64,000 nt of DNA from Escherichia coli. GTDB lineage: Bacteria > Pseudomonadota > Gammaproteobacteria > Enterobacterales > Enterobacteriaceae. Of the stretch, positions 11,791-28,595 are shown piece after piece. Both the position numbers and the translations under genes were made by a program. Under the pieces are notes generated by a model. It was not told the DNA's origin. It made no database searches and was given only the letters and a program-made list of their open reading frames with translations. The stretch is from NCBI RefSeq assembly GCF_002854065.1, contig NZ_CP024147.1, one strand, 5' to 3'. Numbering within the stretch: position 1 is the stretch's first letter; every line of letters begins with the position of its first letter.

Positions 11791-13080
11791 TTATTTGTCT
11801 GTTATATCCGCGTCTTCTGCGTCCAGCACCACTTCTTCAGGGCGCAGCACACTGATCAGTTTGAAAATCAAACTTAAGCCGATACCGACGATGGTCGCCA
11901 GCGCCATACCTTTCAACTCCGCCGCGCCGATGTTTACCTTCGCGCCACTGACGCCGATGATCAAAATCACGGAAGTCAGGATCAGGTTCTGTGCTTTGTT
12001 GTAATCCACTTTCGATTCGATCAAAACACGAATACCGGAAGCACCGATGACACCATAAAGCAGCAGCGAAACGCCGCCCATTACCGGCAATGGGATCATC
12101 TGGATAGCGGCAGCCAGTTTACCGACGCAGGAAAGCAGGATAGCGAAAATCGCCGCCCCGCCGATAACCCAGGTACTGTAAACACGGGTGATCGCCATCA
12201 CGCCAATGTTTTCTCCGTAAGTGGTATTTGGCGTAGAGCCAAAGAAGCCGGAGATCACGGTCGACAGGCCGTTAGCAAACATCGAACGGTGCAGACCTGG
12301 ATCGCGCAGCAGATCTTTTTTGACGATATTAGCCGTTACTACCAGGTGCCCTACGTGTTCGGCAATAACCACTAACGCCGCTGGCAGAATAGTCAGAATG
12401 GCAAACCACTCGAAGCGCGGCGTATAGAGGGTTGGCAGCGCAAACCAGTGAGCATTAATAATCGGCGTGGTATCGACAATTCCCATTGCGAAAGAGAGCG
12501 CGTACCCCACCAGCACGCCAATTAAAATCGGGATAATTGCCATGAAACCACGGAACAGCACGGAACCTAAAACCGTGACCGCCAGGGTGGTAATAGAGAT
12601 GATGATGGTTTTGGAGTCTGGCGTTTGCCCTTCAGCCGGGAGCAAACCCGCCATACCGGCAGCTACGCCCGCCAGCTCCAGACCGATGACGGCAACGATT
12701 GCGCCCATTGCCGCAGGTGGAAACAGCACGTCCAGCCAGCCGGTCCCCGCTTTCTTCACGATAAAAGAAACAAGGCAGAACAGCACGCCGCACATAATAA
12801 AGCCGCCCAGCGCGACTTCATACCCCAACGGCAACAGTAGCAATACCGGTGAAATAAAGGCAAAGCTGGAACCAAGATAAGCCGGAATTTTCCCTTTACA
12901 GATGAAGAGATACAGCAGCGTTCCAATACCGTTAAATAACAGTACAGTCGCCGGGTTAATATGAAATAAGACGGGCACCAGGACGGTTGCACCAAACATG
13001 GCGAACAAATGTTGCAAACTAAGCGGGATTGTCTGTAAAAGTGGCGGTCTTTCACTCACCCCGATAGCACGGCGCGTCAT
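11791..13080 (-). CDS. uraA: Uracil:H+ symporter UraA
   Basis: 429 aa from [11 protein letters not shown]...; polytopic NCS2 family transporter. Confidence 0.9.
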   Translation of the reverse strand: MTRRAIGVSERPPLLQTIPLSLQHLFAMFGATVLVPVLFHINPATVLLFNGIGTLLYLFICKGKIPAYLGSSFAFISPVLLLLPLGYEVALGGFIMCGVLFCLVSFIVKKAGTGWLDVLFPPAAMGAIVAVIGLELAGVAAGMAGLLPAEGQTPDSKTIIISITTLAVTVLGSVLFRGFMAIIPILIGVLVGYALSFAMGIVDTTPIINAHWFALPTLYTPRFEWFAILTILPAALVVIAEHVGHLVVTANIVKKDLLRDPGLHRSMFANGLSTVISGFFGSTPNTTYGENIGVMAITRVYSTWVIGGAAIFAILLSCVGKLAAAIQMIPLPVMGGVSLLLYGVIGASGIRVLIESKVDYNKAQNLILTSVILIIGVSGAKVNIGAAELKGMALATIVGIGLSLIFKLISVLRPEEVVLDAEDADITDK

Positions 13081-13165
13081 AGTATTATCCTCTGTATTAT
13101 GTGTTATAGGCGCTTTACTCAAAAAAAAGCCGACTCTTAAAGTCGGCTTTAATTATTTTTATTCT

Positions 13166-13792
13166 TTATTTCGTACCAAAGATTTTGTCACCGGCATCGC
13201 CGAGGCCCGGAATAATGTATCCGTGCTCGTTCAGTCCCTGATCAATCGATGCGGTATACAGTTCGACGTCCGGGTGCGCTTTTTCCAGCGCAGCGATACC
13301 TTCTGGCGCAGCTACCAGCACCAGAACTTTGATGCTGCTGCAGCCCGCTTTTTTCAGCAGGTCGATGGTCGCGATAACGGAACCACCGGTTGCCAGCATT
13401 GGGTCAACGATCAGCGCCATACGCTCATCGATGTTAGAAACCAGTTTCTGGAAGTACGGTACCGGCTCCAGCGTTTCTTCATTACGGTACATACCGACAA
13501 CGCTGATGCGCGCGCTCGGAACGTTTTCCAGCACACCGTCCATCATCCCCAGACCCGCACGCAGAATTGGCACAACGGTAATTTTCTTACCTTTGATCTG
13601 GTCGATTTCTACCGGGCCGTTCCAGCCTTCGATAGTTACTTTTTCCGTTTCGAGGTCGGCGGTCGCTTCGTAAGTCAGCAGGCTACCCACTTCGGAAGCG
13701 AGTTCGCGAAAGCGCTTGGTGCTGATATCTTGCTCACGCATCAGTCCCAGCTTGTGTTTGACGAGTGGGTGTTTGACTTCCACGATCTTCAT
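13166..13792 (-). CDS. upp: Uracil phosphoribosyltransferase Upp
   Basis: 208 aa from [14 protein letters not shown]...; PRTase motif. Confidence 0.9.
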
Positions 13793-14036
13793 ACTCTTTC
13801 TCCTTTGAGGGGCAGCCACAAAAAAAATCGACGGATTATACCTCCTTTCTTCAAGGCGGCAATATTATTTTCGTTGACTTTAGTCAAAATGATAACGGTT
13901 TGAGATAAAGTTATTTTATATTCAAATGGTTATGAAAGAAGATTATTCCATCCGAAAACTAACCTTTGCCCTGGCACAAGTCTTCTTTCGCCGCGCGCCT
14001 GGGGAAAAGACGTGCAAAAAGGTTGTGTAAAGCAGT

Positions 14037-14052
14037 CTCGCAAACGTTTGCT
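14037..14052 (+). promoter_or_regulatory. PurR operator (PUR box) of the purMN operon
   Basis: tCGCAAACGTTTGCtt matches the 16 bp PurR palindrome consensus, about 65 bp upstream of the purM start. Confidence 0.7.
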
Positions 14053-14098
14053 TTCCCTGTTAGAATTGCGCCGAATTTTATTTTTCTACCGCAAGTAA

Positions 14099-15153
<1,055 letters not shown>

Positions 15154-15154
<1 letters not shown>

Positions 15155-15792
15155 TGAATATTGTGGTGCTTATTTCCGGCAACGGAAGTAATTTACAGGC
15201 AATTATTGACGCCTGTAAAACCAACAAAATTAAAGGCACCGTACGGGCAGTTTTCAGCAATAAGGCCGACGCGTTCGGCCTTGAACGCGCCCGCCAGGCG
15301 GGTATTGCAACGCATACGCTCATCGCCAGCGCGTTTGACAGTCGTGAAGCCTATGACCGGGAGTTGATTCATGAAATCGACATGTACGCACCCGATGTGG
15401 TCGTGCTGGCTGGTTTTATGCGCATTCTCAGCCCGGCGTTTGTCTCCCACTATGCCGGGCGTTTGCTGAACATTCACCCTTCTCTGCTGCCGAAATATCC
15501 CGGATTACACACCCATCGTCAGGCGCTGGAAAATGGCGATGAAGAGCACGGTACATCGGTGCATTTCGTCACCGATGAACTGGACGGTGGCCCGGTTATT
15601 TTACAGGCGAAAGTCCCGGTATTTGCTGGTGATACGGAAGATGACGTCACCGCCCGCGTGCAAACCCAGGAACACGCCATTTATCCACTGGTGATTAGCT
15701 GGTTTGCCGATGGTCGTCTGAAAATGCACGAAAACGCCGCGTGGCTGGATGGTCAACGTCTGCCGCCGCAGGGCTACGCTGCCGACGAGTAA
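15154..15792 (+). CDS. purN: Phosphoribosylglycinamide formyltransferase PurN
   Basis: 212 aa; start overlaps purM stop (TAATG). Confidence 0.9.
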
Positions 15793-15962
15793 TGCCCCGT
15801 AGTTAAAGCGCCAGCTCTGCCGCTGGCGTTTTTCAATTCACCTGTAAATCGCAAGCTCCAGCAGTTTTTTTCCCCCTTTTCTGGCATAGTTGGACATCTG
15901 CCAATATTGCTCGCCATAATATCCAGGCAGTGTCCCGTGAATAAAACGGAGTAAAAGTGGTA

Positions 15963-19575
<3,613 letters not shown>

Positions 19576-19613
19576 TGCTTTGCGGGCCGACGAGAAATGT
19601 CGGCCCGCATTAT

Positions 19614-21857
19614 TCAGGCACTTTCGCGAATGGGTTCGATTTCATTCAGCGTATCAATTAACGGTTGCGGCTTACCAATAAGATAACCCTGCATATAATC
19701 GATCCCCAAAGAGAGCACTGCCTCGCGGATCTCTTCGTTTTCAACGTACTCTGCCACTACCAGCATTTTCTTCATTCGCGCCAGGTGGCAAATCGATGCC
19801 ACTATCTGATAATCCAGACTATTTGACACAATATTGCGGATAAAACTGCCGTCAATTTTAAGCAGATCGGCATTCACATTTTTAAGCCGCGCATAGCTGG
19901 CGTAGCCGGTGCCGAAATCATCAATCGCAATCTGGCAGCCTAATTCCTGAAGATGCTGCAAGGTGATTTGCGCCTGCTTAACATTGGTCAGAGCATTACT
20001 TTCGGTGACTTCAAAAATAAGTTGCCACGCTTCAATCTGATATTTAGCCAGCAACTGACTGACTTCAACAGGAAAACGAGCCTGACATACCGAGGTTGGA
20101 GACAGATTAATAGCAAAACGGTGAGCGGGCATCTTCGCTCTGTTTTCAGCCATAAATTGCAGCGTATGCTCAATGACCCACATGTCGATACTCGACGATA
20201 AACCAAATTCGTGCGCGACCGGCAAGAAGCTATCGGGGCTGATCAGTTCATCATTCTCACCTTTCATGCGCAGAAGAATTTCATGGTAAACATCACCACG
20301 CATACCTGTAATCGGCTGGGCCATCAGGAAAAAATGGTTGTGTTCCAGCGCCTGCTGTAGTCGATTCATCATCGCGACTTTATCTTTCAATTCGCGTTGC
20401 AAATACATTGCCCCGCGACGCTGCATATTTTCCGGGGCGTTGGTCACGATGGAAAGTTCGGCGACCGTATTTAGCTCTCCCAGCAGCAGGTAGATATGAT
20501 TCACTGGCGAGCGCACATAGCAGTAACTGACGCCAATCTGCGGTTGCATCGGCATGCCATCCCAAAAGAAACGAAATTGCTTGAGATGGCTATCCAGTGC
20601 GGTAATGCGCTCCTGGTGCGATTCTGTATTCAGTCGCAGCGCGAGATCGTTACCCGAAAGCTGATAAACATCTTCACCCGGTTCCAGCAATGGTGACAGC
20701 CAGTGAGAAAGTTTTTGCTTGTATTGAATCCGCAGCATGATGCCATAGTTTTTAACCAGCATTTCCATGCCAGGGATGCGTAAATAACAAAGCGCAGACC
20801 AGGGGGCATCACGCAACGCGCGATTCAGGGCGCGAACATTTGGCAGATGAACCACCGGGTCCACATACGCAAGCCGTTGAATGCGTCTGACTACCGCTCT
20901 CTGACGGGTTGCCAGTACAGCCATATAATTGACAATAAAAGAGAATACCAGATAACTTGAGGAGGTTATGGTCAGCTGCGTGGTATAGCCAGGATAAATG
21001 GGAATGTAATTTTGATAGCTGTGGATGCTGATCATCAACACGACCGCCCAGAGCAGTGAAATCAGCTTATAACCATAGCGCATCGCTCCCCACATCATCA
21101 GGGGCAGCAATAATGACAAGGTATAATTGGTGCTAAAAATTGTGCTTTTTTCATTTAACGGCATGCATAACAGCAACAGTAAAGCACCTAATGCCAGTAG
21201 CCAGAGTGCGAACTCTTTTTTGGTGACTTTGACATCAACCTGCTGTTTTAATTGCGAATAATAACTACGTAAATAAAACGGATTTCGAACTACCCGAATG
21301 ATGAAGTAGCACAGCGGGACACCAATCAGATTGCCCACCAGTAAGGCCTGATAATTGATTAAGGTCCCGAGGTTAAAAGGCATGACGCCGACCAGATTTT
21401 CTCTGCTCGCCAGTAATCCTACAAACGCAGCAAACTGGAAAAGTATCAGAAACAGCGTTGCAGGAAACACAATCTGCCAGAATATACGCTGGGAAATTAA
21501 ACGGGTATCACCATGTGAAACGTTGTTACGCCGGGGAGTAAAGACCCTGTAACCGCCCCAACAGAGAATGATAATGATAATAAAATTAGCCGTTAATGAG
21601 AGCGTTTCGTAAAAACCCAGCTCTGCATATTTGCGGACAAAAATCCCTAAGGCGATCCCTGGCAATGCCGCCCAGCTGAAAAACATCATCATGCTGATCA
21701 TCAGTGCCAAAGGCAGATAAAAGAGAAAAACCTCACCGGAAGAAATATGCGCGAAAGTATTAATGTGGGCGAAAATGGGCAAGATTAAAGAAGGCAGGAA
21801 CAGCGGAAGCCCCCACCATTTATCACGTATTTTTATATAAGTTGCATTCAGTTTCAT
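19614..21857 (-). CDS. pdeF: Cyclic-di-GMP phosphodiesterase PdeF (YfgF): MASE1 membrane domain, degenerate GGDEF, EAL
   Basis: 747 aa; N-terminal multi-TM region; C-terminal EAL motifs (EVTE, DDFGTGYAS). Confidence 0.85.
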   Translation of the reverse strand: MKLNATYIKIRDKWWGLPLFLPSLILPIFAHINTFAHISSGEVFLFYLPLALMISMMMFFSWAALPGIALGIFVRKYAELGFYETLSLTANFIIIIILCWGGYRVFTPRRNNVSHGDTRLISQRIFWQIVFPATLFLILFQFAAFVGLLASRENLVGVMPFNLGTLINYQALLVGNLIGVPLCYFIIRVVRNPFYLRSYYSQLKQQVDVKVTKKEFALWLLALGALLLLLCMPLNEKSTIFSTNYTLSLLLPLMMWGAMRYGYKLISLLWAVVLMISIHSYQNYIPIYPGYTTQLTITSSSYLVFSFIVNYMAVLATRQRAVVRRIQRLAYVDPVVHLPNVRALNRALRDAPWSALCYLRIPGMEMLVKNYGIMLRIQYKQKLSHWLSPLLEPGEDVYQLSGNDLALRLNTESHQERITALDSHLKQFRFFWDGMPMQPQIGVSYCYVRSPVNHIYLLLGELNTVAELSIVTNAPENMQRRGAMYLQRELKDKVAMMNRLQQALEHNHFFLMAQPITGMRGDVYHEILLRMKGENDELISPDSFLPVAHEFGLSSSIDMWVIEHTLQFMAENRAKMPAHRFAINLSPTSVCQARFPVEVSQLLAKYQIEAWQLIFEVTESNALTNVKQAQITLQHLQELGCQIAIDDFGTGYASYARLKNVNADLLKIDGSFIRNIVSNSLDYQIVASICHLARMKKMLVVAEYVENEEIREAVLSLGIDYMQGYLIGKPQPLIDTLNEIEPIRESA

Positions 21858-22208
21858 AGATGCTCAGCAGAATCCCCCACATCCTGAAGGAGGTGTATTC
21901 AGACAGGCATCCCACCTGACTTCGAATGATGATTATTCATCACTATAGAGAGCATTGATTCTAAGTGTCATATGAAAGTTCCAATTGATATATATCAAAC
22001 AAAATAACCCTGATTAATGAATTATTACGTTTATCATGTTAATTCATCATTATTACATCATCATTGTAAATAATTAAATTAACTTCCATAACATTAAAAT
22101 ATGTATCCACTGACGCTTTTTTACATAACGAAGAATTGACCATTTTGTCCTGTTGTGCCTTAATGTAAGTACCGTCCACAGCGTGGGACATACTTCAAGG
22201 AACCTTTT

Positions 22209-22400
22209 GTGAGTCAGGCAACCAGTATGCGAAAACGACACCGATTTAACAGTCGCATGACCCGTATCGTACTGCTCATCAGCTTTATCTTCTTCTTTGG
22301 CCGTTTTATCTACTCGTCCGTCGGTGCCTGGCAGCACCATCAGAGCAAAAAAGAAGCTCAGCAATCCACACTCTCCGTCGAATCACCGGTACAACGTTAG
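22209..22400 (+). CDS. yfgG: Small membrane protein YfgG
   Basis: 63 aa with one TM helix in an AT-rich intergenic region. Confidence 0.7.
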   Translation: MSQATSMRKRHRFNSRMTRIVLLISFIFFFGRFIYSSVGAWQHHQSKKEAQQSTLSVESPVQR

Positions 22401-22710
22401 CGGTTACCTTCTCCACTTTCACAGAACATAACGGCACTTCGCTGTCGGATGCTTTTGCTCTTTGGGATTATCAAAGCGGCAGATATTCTTTCATCTTAAA
22501 TTTTACGTCTTTGTCCTGACTGATGTTTATCCTGTTTGGCTGCGAAATAAATATAAAATTAATATATATGTTGTAATGATATATTTTTATAAATTATTCC
22601 CTGCGTGAATTTTAATAAATTTAATCTATCCCTTTATACGCAATACATTTACTTTCCTCTTTTGATGATCTTAAATGTCTTATTTTTCGTAATGTGTATA
22701 ACAAGGAATA

Positions 22711-23229
22711 GTGATGAAATTTAAAAAATGTCTTCTGCCTGTGGCAATGTTAGCGTCATTCACTCTTGCAGGATGCCAGTCAAATGCTGACGATCATGCC
22801 GCCGATGTTTATCAAACCGATCAACTGAATACCAAACAAGAAACTAAAACCGTTAATATTATTTCCATTCTTCCCGCAAAAGTTGCCGTAGACAACTCCC
22901 AAAATAAACGGAACGCACAAGCCTTCGGCGCGCTTATTGGCGCAGTCGCTGGCGGTGTTATCGGCCACAACGTCGGGTCTGGCAGCAATTCCGGAACGAC
23001 GGCAGGTGCAGTTGGCGGCGGAGCTGTAGGCGCGGCAGCGGGTTCTATGGTGAATGATAAAACCTTAGTGGAAGGTGTTTCTTTAACGTATAAGGAAGGC
23101 ACCAAAGTGTATACCTCTACTCAGGTGGGTAAAGAGTGCCAGTTTACGACAGGTTTAGCCGTTGTTATTACCACGACGTATAACGAAACGCGTATTCAGC
23201 CAAATACCAAATGTCCTGAAAAGAGCTAA
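22711..23229 (+). CDS. yfgH: Outer-membrane lipoprotein YfgH (glycine-zipper family)
   Basis: 172 aa; lipobox LAGC; Gly-rich GxxxG stretch. Confidence 0.85.
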   Translation: MMKFKKCLLPVAMLASFTLAGCQSNADDHAADVYQTDQLNTKQETKTVNIISILPAKVAVDNSQNKRNAQAFGALIGAVAGGVIGHNVGSGSNSGTTAGAVGGGAVGAAAGSMVNDKTLVEGVSLTYKEGTKVYTSTQVGKECQFTTGLAVVITTTYNETRIQPNTKCPEKS

Positions 23230-23244
23230 TAATCAGGAGGAGTC

Positions 23245-23784
23245 ATGAAGAAAGTTTTTCTTTGCGCCATCTTAGCCTCCTTAAGCTATCCGGCTATCGC
23301 CTCATCATTGCAGGATCAACTCTCTGCTGTCGCAGAAGCGGAACAGCAAGGTAAAAATGAAGAGCAAAGGCAGCATGACGAATGGGTCGCGGAGCGCAAC
23401 AGGGAAATCCAGCAAGAGAAGCAACGTCGCGCAAATGCCCAGGCCGCCGCTAACAAAAGAGCGGCAACGGCAGCGGCAAATAAGAAAGCTCGTCAGGATA
23501 AACTGGACGCCGAAGCCACTGCGGACAAAAAACGCGATCAAAGTTATGAAGATGAGCTACGCAGCTTAGAGATTCAGAAACAAAAACTGGCGCTGGCAAA
23601 AGAAGAAGCCCGCGTTAAGCGAGAAAACGAATTTATCGATCAGGAACTGAAGCACAAAGCTGCGCAAACCGATGTGGTGCAATCTGAAGCTGACGCCAAC
23701 AGAAATATGACTGAAGGCGGTCGCGATCTGATGAAAAGCGTGGGCAAAGCAGAAGAGAACAAATCGGACAGCTGGTTTAATTAA
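23245..23784 (+). CDS. yfgI: Periplasmic charged coiled-coil protein YfgI
   Basis: 179 aa; signal peptide; K/E/Q/A-rich. Confidence 0.85.
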   Translation: MKKVFLCAILASLSYPAIASSLQDQLSAVAEAEQQGKNEEQRQHDEWVAERNREIQQEKQRRANAQAAANKRAATAAANKKARQDKLDAEATADKKRDQSYEDELRSLEIQKQKLALAKEEARVKRENEFIDQELKHKAAQTDVVQSEADANRNMTEGGRDLMKSVGKAEENKSDSWFN

Positions 23785-23821
23785 TCGATGTTACTAACTT
23801 CAATCCTATGATTCGTGAGTA

Positions 23822-23852
23822 TAAAAAACCCTCTGTAGTAACAGAGGGTTTT
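23822..23852. terminator. Bidirectional Rho-independent terminator between yfgI (+) and guaA (-)
   Basis: AAAAAA-CCCTCTGT-agtaac-ACAGAGGG-TTTT hairpin flanked by A and T runs. Confidence 0.8.
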
Positions 23853-23876
23853 GTTCATTCATAGTGCAGGGTCAAA

Positions 23877-25454
23877 TCATTCCCACTCAATGGTAGCTGG
23901 CGGCTTGCCGCTGATGTCATACACCACGCGGGAAATACCGTTCACTTCATTGATAATGCGGTTGGAAACGCGACCGAGGAAATCGTACGGCAGGTGCGCC
24001 CAGTGTGCGGTCATGAAGTCGATGGTTTCGACAGCACGCAGAGAGACAACCCAGTCGTATTTACGACCATCGCCCATTACGCCAACAGAACGTACCGGCA
24101 GGAAGACAGTGAACGCCTGGCTGACTTTGTCGTACAGATCCGCTTTACGCAGCTCTTCAATGAAGATGGCATCAGCACGGCGCAGCAGGTCACAGTACTC
24201 TTTCTTCACTTCGCCCAGTACACGAACGCCGAGGCCCGGTCCCGGGAACGGGTGACGGTAGAGCATGTCGTACGGCAGGCCCAGCTCCAGACCAATCTTA
24301 CGCACTTCGTCTTTGAACAGCTCTTTCAGCGGTTCAACCAGGCCCATCTTCATCTCTTTCGGCAGGCCGCCCACGTTGTGGTGAGATTTGATGACGTGTG
24401 CTTTACCGGTTGCAGACGCCGCAGATTCGATAACGTCAGGGTAGATGGTGCCCTGTGCCAGCCACTTCACGTCTTCCAGTTTCAGCGCTTCTTCATCGAA
24501 TACTTCAACGAAAACGCGACCGATGATTTTACGTTTTGCTTCCGGATCGTTTTCGCCAGCCAGCGCTGACAGGAAGCGATCTTCTGCCGGAACGTGAACA
24601 ATGTTCAGACCAAAGTGATCGCCAAACATATCCAGAACCTGCTCTGCTTCGTTGAGACGCAGCAGGCCGTTGTCGACGAATACGCAAGTCAGGTTTTTAC
24701 CGATAGCGCGGTGCAGCAGCATTGCGGTTACGGAGGAATCCACACCACCAGAGAGGCCGAGGATAACTTTATCGTCGCCTACCTGCTCGCGGATGCGAGC
24801 TACAGCATCGTCGATAATTTTCGCTGGCGTCCACAGGGCTTCACACTGGCAGATATCACGCACAAAACGCTCCAGCATGCGCATACCCTGGCGGGTGTGA
24901 GTCACTTCCGGGTGGAACTGTACGCCATAGAAGCGTTTTTCTTCGTTAGCCATAATGGCAAACGGGCAGCTTTCGGTGCTGGCTACGGTGATGAAGTCGG
25001 ACGGGATAGCGGTAACTTTATCGCCGTGGCTCATCCAGACATCGAGCAGCGGTTTACCGTCTGCGGTCAGCGCATCTTCGATACCGCGAACCAGTGCGCT
25101 GTCGTTTACGACTTCAACCTGCGCGTAGCCAAATTCACGTTCGTTAGAGGCTTCAACGTGACCGCCCAACTGCATTGCCATGGTCTGCATGCCATAGCAA
25201 ACGCCGAATACCGGTACGCCTGCTTCAAAGACATACTGCGGCGCACGCGGGCTGTTTTCTTCAGTAGTACTTTCCGGGCCGCCGGAAAGAATAATGCCGC
25301 TTGGATTGAAGTCACGAATTTGTGCTTCTGTCACATCCCACGCCCACAGTTCGCAGTAAACACCCAGCTCACGCACGCGGCGCGCAACCAGTTGAGTGTA
25401 CTGAGAACCGAAGTCCAGAATGAGGATGCGATGCTTATGAATGTTTTCCGTCAT
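23877..25454 (-). CDS. guaA: GMP synthase (glutamine-hydrolysing) GuaA
   Basis: 525 aa; GATase domain plus ATP-PPase SGGVDSS motif. Confidence 0.95.
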
Positions 25455-25522
25455 TGACGCTTATTCCGAGGCAAGTGAAACAGATAATATAAATCGCCCG
25501 ACATGAAGTCGGGCGAAGAGAA

Positions 25523-26989
25523 TCAGGAGCCCAGACGGTAGTTCGGGGACTCTTTAGTAATGGTCACGTCGTGAACGTGGCTTTCCTGAATGCCCGCACC
25601 GCTGATACGTACAAACTCCGCTTTAGTACGCAGTTCGTCGATAGTACCACAGCCGGTCAAACCCATACAGGAGCGCAGGCCGCCCATCTGCTGGTGAATG
25701 ATCTCTTTCAGGCGACCTTTATAAGCTACGCGACCTTCGATACCTTCCGGCACCAGTTTGTCGGCAGCGTTATCGCTCTGGAAATAACGGTCAGAGGAAC
25801 CTTTGGACATCGCGCCCAGAGAGCCCATCCCACGGTAAGATTTGTAAGAACGGCCCTGGTAGAGTTCAATTTCACCCGGAGATTCTTCAGTACCTGCCAG
25901 CATGGAACCCACCATTACCGCGCTTGCGCCAGCGGCGATAGCTTTGGCGATGTCGCCAGAGAAACGGATACCGCCGTCAGCGATAACCGGAATGCCGGTG
26001 CCTTCCAGCGCTTCAACTGCGTCAGCAACGGCAGTGATCTGCGGAACACCTACGCCAGTCACGATACGAGTCGTACAGATAGAGCCAGGGCCGATACCGA
26101 CTTTAACCGCGCTGCAACCAGCTTCTGCCAGAGCGCGTGCACCTGCAGCTGTTGCCACGTTGCCGCCGATGATTTGCAGATCCGGATATTTAGCACGGGT
26201 TTCACGGATACGCTGCAAAACGCCTTCTGAGTGACCGTGGGAGGAGTCGATCAGCAGAACGTCAACGCCAGCGGCAACCAGCGCGTCAACACGCTCTTCG
26301 TTACCCGCACCTGCGCCAACTGCAGCACCAACACGCAGACGGCCTTGCTCGTCTTTACAGGCGTTCGGTTTACGTTCCGCTTTCTGGAAATCTTTCACGG
26401 TGATCATGCCGATCAGGTGGAATTCGTCATCAACCACCAGCGCTTTTTCAACGCGTTTTTCGTGCATTTTTGCCAGCACCACTTCACGGGCTTCACCTTC
26501 ACGCACGGTGACCAGACGCTCTTTCGGCGTCATGTAAACGCTAACCGGCTGGTTCAGGTCGGTAACAAAACGCACGTCACGACCGGTGATAATACCCACC
26601 AGTTCGTTTTCTTCGGTAACGACCGGATAGCCCGCAAAACCGTTACGCTCGGTCAGTTCTTTCACTTCGCGCAGCGTCGTGGTTGGCAGAACAGTCTGCG
26701 GATCAGTCACCACACCAGATTCGTGTTTTTTCACACGGCGAACTTCTTCTGCCTGGCGTTCAATGGACATGTTTTTGTGGATAAAGCCGATACCGCCTTC
26801 CTGAGCCAGAGCAATAGCCAGGCGCGCTTCCGTTACGGTATCCATTGCTGCGGAAAGCATAGGGATATTCAGACGAATAGTTTTCGTCAGCTGGGTGCTG
26901 AGGTCAGCAGTATTCGGCAGAACGGTAGAATGAGCAGGAACGAGGAGAACGTCGTCAAACGTCAGAGCTTCTTTAGCGATACGTAGCAT
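25523..26989 (-). CDS. guaB: IMP dehydrogenase GuaB
   Basis: 488 aa from [21 protein letters not shown]...; CBS pair; catalytic GPGSICTTR. Confidence 0.95.
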
Positions 26990-27120
26990 GGGCAATATCT
27001 CGACCAGAGTGGTTAATAAATATTGCCGCGGCATTATACAGAGCGTAACCGATTGCATCTACCCCTTTTTGCAAAAAATGCTTGCTATCCCCGAAGGGCG
27101 GGTTACTATCGACTGAATAA

Positions 27121-28527
<1,407 letters not shown>

Positions 28528-28595
28528 GCCGGAAAAGAGGCGCCAGCATCGCATTAGGCAATAGCGCCCAGGCTACGCCAAATGCGCTCCCCTCG

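Noticed and set aside
22401-22710. AT-rich yfgG-yfgH intergenic region (and 21858-22208 upstream of yfgG) as an insertion
   Set aside because: The flanking gene order matches what I recall for K-12 and there are no repeats or ORFs; most likely native AT-rich promoter regions
24594-25457. Long + strand ORFs lying entirely inside well-supported minus-strand core genes (e.g. 24594..25457 in guaA, 26231..26986 in guaB, 39688..40419 in bamB, 45679..46299 in rlmN, 51945..52502 in yfhM)
   Set aside because: They are antisense to highly conserved genes, have low-complexity translations and no RBS context; typical shadow ORFs
25523-27058. N-terminally extended longest ORFs for guaB (511 aa), and likewise ndk (166 aa), der (503 aa), sseA (334 aa), hscA (634 aa), uraA (443 aa), upp (217 aa), ppk (690 aa)
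   Set aside because: Internal Met/GTG starts reproduce the known N-termini (e.g. [14 protein letters not shown] for Gua[11 protein letters not shown] for Ndk); the extensions are read-through of upstream non-coding sequence
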